DNA from: Candidatus Dojkabacteria bacterium
GTDB taxonomy: Bacteria; Patescibacteriota; Dojkabacteria; SC72; JAFGCJ01
Assembly (NCBI GenBank): GCA_016932785.1
Contig: JAFGCJ010000001.1
Location: 74,909-138,908, forward strand
Reading direction: 5' to 3'
DNA: 64,000 bases
Below, piece by piece: positions 61,301 through 64,000 of the stretch. The position numbers were made by a program, and so were the translations under genes. Under the pieces are notes generated by a model. That model was not told the DNA's origin. It saw nothing but the letters and a program-made list of their open reading frames with translations, and did no database searches. Position 1 is the first letter of the stretch, and every line of letters begins with the position of its first letter.

Positions 61301-63040
61301 TTAATCTGTTTTCTTTATCTTTCCTTTATCAATGTAAATTGATCTATCAAAGAGATCCTTCTCTGTTTCCTCTTGAGTTATATTGATTAGTGTCTGCTTG
61401 GGTCTATGCTTGATGATGCCCTCGATTATGGGTTTCCTTGAGAATCCGTCAATTTGAGTGAAGCTTTCGTCCAGGATTAGAATTGCTCGGTCTCGATATA
61501 GAGCTCTTGCAATAGCTATTCTTTGCCAGTGTCCTGAAGAAACATCCATACCTTTACTAAAGAGTTTACCTAGAACTGTTGAGTCACTGATATTTTCCTC
61601 CTTAAGCCAGTTGTCTAAACCAGTTATTTCCAGGGCTTCTTCATATCTGCGTCTGTTGAAGTCTCTTTCTGATTCTGTTACTACTATATTTTTCCTTATG
61701 CTGAAGTTGTATTTCACGTAATTTTCAAAGACTACAGATATTTTATCTTTAAGCTCTCCTCGGTCTAGATTTCTGATTGAAATATCATCAATCAGAATAT
61801 CTCCGGGTCCGACACGATATAGTCCACAGAGCAGTTTTGCTAGAGTACTCTTTCCAGAGTTATCTCTTCCAATAATGTTTACTTTTTCCCCGGGCTGTAT
61901 TTCAAAAGAGATGTCGTCCAGGGCTGCAGAAGAGCTTTCTGGATACTTAAATTCCACATTAACAAATTCAATCTTTGGTACCTTTGTTGGGTCAAGTTTA
62001 GCGCTTCCTGAAGCAATGTCACCAAAACCCTTATACTCCAACAGACCAAAATAGTCCTTAGTATAAAGAGCATTATTTTTTATACATAGTATATTCCATA
62101 TTACCGACCAGCTGGCTGAATATAAGGTATCAATATAATCAAACAAATACTTAAATGTACCGATAGTGTATCTCCTTATTACTGCGAATGGTATGAGTGC
62201 CAGCTGAACAATTCTTCTTAATGAACCGTCAAACCAGCCTAAGAAGACGGATCCTGTCTGTCTCTTTAGCCTAATCTCGTTTTGCCCATTGTAGTATGGC
62301 TGTGCGGTTCTTTCGAAGGATTTTAGAAAGAATTCAAATACGTTATCTACTCGCAGTTCGGGAAAGTTAATTAGCCGATTAGATTCGTTGTACAAATAAT
62401 TGAAATACTTGTTTTTTTCCGCCTTACTATCGCGGTATTCCTTAAGTTTCGTATTATATCTATAGGAAAAAAATGCCTCCGGAATAACGAGAATTATGAC
62501 TCCTACTCCCCACCATGACATTTGCTCTGCGATTATTATTCCTGAGCTGACAAGGCGTATCATGTTATATCCCAGGTCTATAGTCCTTTTGTAGGTGTCC
62601 CATGTGGCATCAACTGAATAAGTGGGTACGTTAGTAATAAGGTTCTGCAGTGTATTGTTTTCTACGTCTTCAAGATTGAGTTGAGAAATTTTCTTGATGT
62701 TCTTTTTCATGAATGAATACCAAAAGGCGTCGTATAATACAGCATCAAAATAACTGGATATTTTACTGAATACGAAATTGAGGAATAAAAGGCAGACTAT
62801 CACTATGAAGTAGTCGAAAGCCAAGGAATCCAGCATCGTGTCCATAGAAAATGAGGTGTTTTCCTTAATGAAATCACCTATACTATCCAGGAACTTACCC
62901 ATGACAAGAATCTCGTACGTTGTTACAAATGAGAGAGCATATCTTATTATTGGGTATGCTATTCCTGCTGATTTCTTCGATGAAATAACCTCTTTAAGAG
63001 CCTTTATTGTAAGTTTGACCGAGTTTGTCTTATCTTCCAT
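61301..63040 (-). CDS. ABC transporter, fused permease and ATP-binding protein (exporter type)
   Basis: N-terminal hydrophobic TMD. The NBD has Walker A GRDNSGKST, signature-like SSGHWQRIAIARAL, and Walker B ILILDES. Confidence 0.85.
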   Translation of the reverse strand: MEDKTNSVKLTIKALKEVISSKKSAGIAYPIIRYALSFVTTYEILVMGKFLDSIGDFIKENTSFSMDTMLDSLAFDYFIVIVCLLFLNFVFSKISSYFDAVLYDAFWYSFMKKNIKKISQLNLEDVENNTLQNLITNVPTYSVDATWDTYKRTIDLGYNMIRLVSSGIIIAEQMSWWGVGVIILVIPEAFFSYRYNTKLKEYRDSKAEKNKYFNYLYNESNRLINFPELRVDNVFEFFLKSFERTAQPYYNGQNEIRLKRQTGSVFLGWFDGSLRRIVQLALIPFAVIRRYTIGTFKYLFDYIDTLYSASWSVIWNILCIKNNALYTKDYFGLLEYKGFGDIASGSAKLDPTKVPKIEFVNVEFKYPESSSAALDDISFEIQPGEKVNIIGRDNSGKSTLAKLLCGLYRVGPGDILIDDISIRNLDRGELKDKISVVFENYVKYNFSIRKNIVVTESERDFNRRRYEEALEITGLDNWLKEENISDSTVLGKLFSKGMDVSSGHWQRIAIARALYRDRAILILDESFTQIDGFSRKPIIEGIIKHRPKQTLINITQEETEKDLFDRSIYIDKGKIKKTD

Positions 63041-63189
63041 TATTTTCTAATATACAGAGAAATTATCACAGAGGCAAACTTCAGAATTGTTAAACTACAA
63101 GTGAAATTTCTCATAAATGATCTTGGGTTATCATATTTTAGTGTGATATTATTAATGAAATACAAATATAATATTTGACTATCTGGTTA

Positions 63190-64000
63190 ATGAAAAAAAA
63201 GGAGAGAGACTACTCTTTAGATTTTCTTAGGGGTATGGCCGTTGTCTTTATGGTACTTACGCATGTAAATGCAGTTTTGTACAAAGGATACTCTACTCTT
63301 TTTAGTACTATTACCTGGTGGGGTGCGACAATTTGTTATACAACTTTCCTTTTTGTTTTCGGGGCTGTTTATGGAATAAAAATCCAGAAAGAAAAGATGG
63401 ATAGAATTCGTATGCTCAAGCGGGCAACCATATTTCTTATCATATATTTCGCCTCGGCCTTTAGTGTTATACTGGTGAAATACGGGATCGGAGGTTTACT
63501 AGAGAATATTGGCGATATACTTTTTCTTAGCAACATTCCTGAGTTTACAGAATTTCTATTGCCTTTTGTTTTCTATTTGGTTATTTTTGCGCTATTTACT
63601 GGAAGTCTTATCCGGATGAAGTCCTGGTCATGGGGTTATCTTCTTGTTGGGGTTCTTTTATTTATTATCTCCGACTATCTTTATGATATGGATTGGGGCC
63701 CAAATTTTCGAGAAACTATAAAAGGATTATTTGTTGGACATGAAGACGTTCATACCTTTGGATTGCTTTCATACGCTCCGATACTAATGACAGGTTTATA
63801 CTGGGGCGTCGAAGTTATTGGCAAAGGTAAAAAAAATCAAATTCAAACACTTCTGCTCTCATTGCTGTGTGGATTGTTTCTTGCTTTTCTTAACTACACG
63901 GCGTTTTCTTCATGGAATCGGTGGCCACCGTCTGTTGTCTTCTTGCTTTATGGTATTGTGTTCTGTTTAGTTGTTCTGTTTCTATATGGTTTAGTTTCAA
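63190..64000 (+). CDS. Polytopic membrane protein, 3' end beyond window (acyltransferase-3 / DUF1624-like)
   Basis: Not in the ORF track because no stop lies within the window. ATG 63190, then MKKKGERDYSLDFLRGMAVVFMVLTHV... stays open for 270 codons to the window end. The DFLRG motif and multiple TM helices resemble membrane acyltransferase families. Confidence 0.6.
   Translation, partial: MKKKERDYSLDFLRGMAVVFMVLTHVNAVLYKGYSTLFSTITWWGATICYTTFLFVFGAVYGIKIQKEKMDRIRMLKRATIFLIIYFASAFSVILVKYGIGGLLENIGDILFLSNIPEFTEFLLPFVFYLVIFALFTGSLIRMKSWSWGYLLVGVLLFIISDYLYDMDWGPNFRETIKGLFVGHEDVHTFGLLSYAPILMTGLYWGVEVIGKGKKNQIQTLLLSLLCGLFLAFLNYTAFSSWNRWPPSVVFLLYGIVFCLVVLFLYGLVS

Noticed and set aside
1-64000. Alternative genetic code (UGA read as Gly, as in some CPR lineages)
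   Set aside because: Long ORFs are intact under the standard code. TGA is used as a terminal stop with sensible gene ends (for example 12715-12717, the TyrRS stop at 34490-34492 and the nusB stop at 19867-19869). No conserved protein is interrupted by an in-frame TGA.

Overview
Gene-dense, AT-rich bacterial chromosome segment. I found no rRNA, tRNA, CRISPR array or transposase. The gene content suggests an ultra-small monoderm bacterium of the Patescibacteria/CPR type, but this is inference, not a database result. The supporting points are a type IV pilus (T4P) locus without a secretin, a FemAB-type gene, a compact mur cluster, few Shine-Dalgarno sequences, and many orphan acidic or Cys-rich surface proteins.

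Layout:
- 1-18311 (+): T4P locus, in the order pilT (5' partial), pilC, pilin, pilD, four pilin-like genes, an orphan receiver domain, about 8 kb of unusual surface-protein genes, then pilM, pilN and a pilO-like gene.
- 18320-24415 (-): KH protein, rpsP, rnc, nusB, rpmF, a membrane-anchored double-AAA+ Clp-like ATPase, and rsmD.
- 24491-41176: mixed housekeeping. This covers HIT, FemAB, DegT, an M49-like peptidase, pcm, recG, a B3/B4-TyrRS fusion, mpg, eno and rarA, plus orphan ORFs.
- 41245-51327: tatD and a peptidoglycan precursor cluster (murA, murB, murC, murD, a possible murL, murE).
- 51389-64000: thiI, rmuC, a 470-nt structured non-coding gap, a 943-aa fibre-like surface protein with two small paralogous partners, a queH/desulforedoxin/CcdA redox cluster, an ABC exporter, and a partial membrane protein running off the window end.

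Best candidate for something new: two paralogous giant Cys-rich secreted proteins (9047-12106 and 13171-15546). They share a C-terminal domain of about 270 aa that I cannot assign to a family, and they sit with two small coupled membrane ORFs where pilus tip or adhesin genes are normally found.

Other notable points:
- a PP-loop-like ORF translationally coupled to murD (possible MurL route to D-Glu)
- a TyrRS fused to a PheRS-type B3/B4 domain
- a MurE with a MurC-like N-domain
- an ORF whose open frame extends about 120 codons upstream of its first canonical start

All calls come from reading the sequence and translations by eye. No searches were run.
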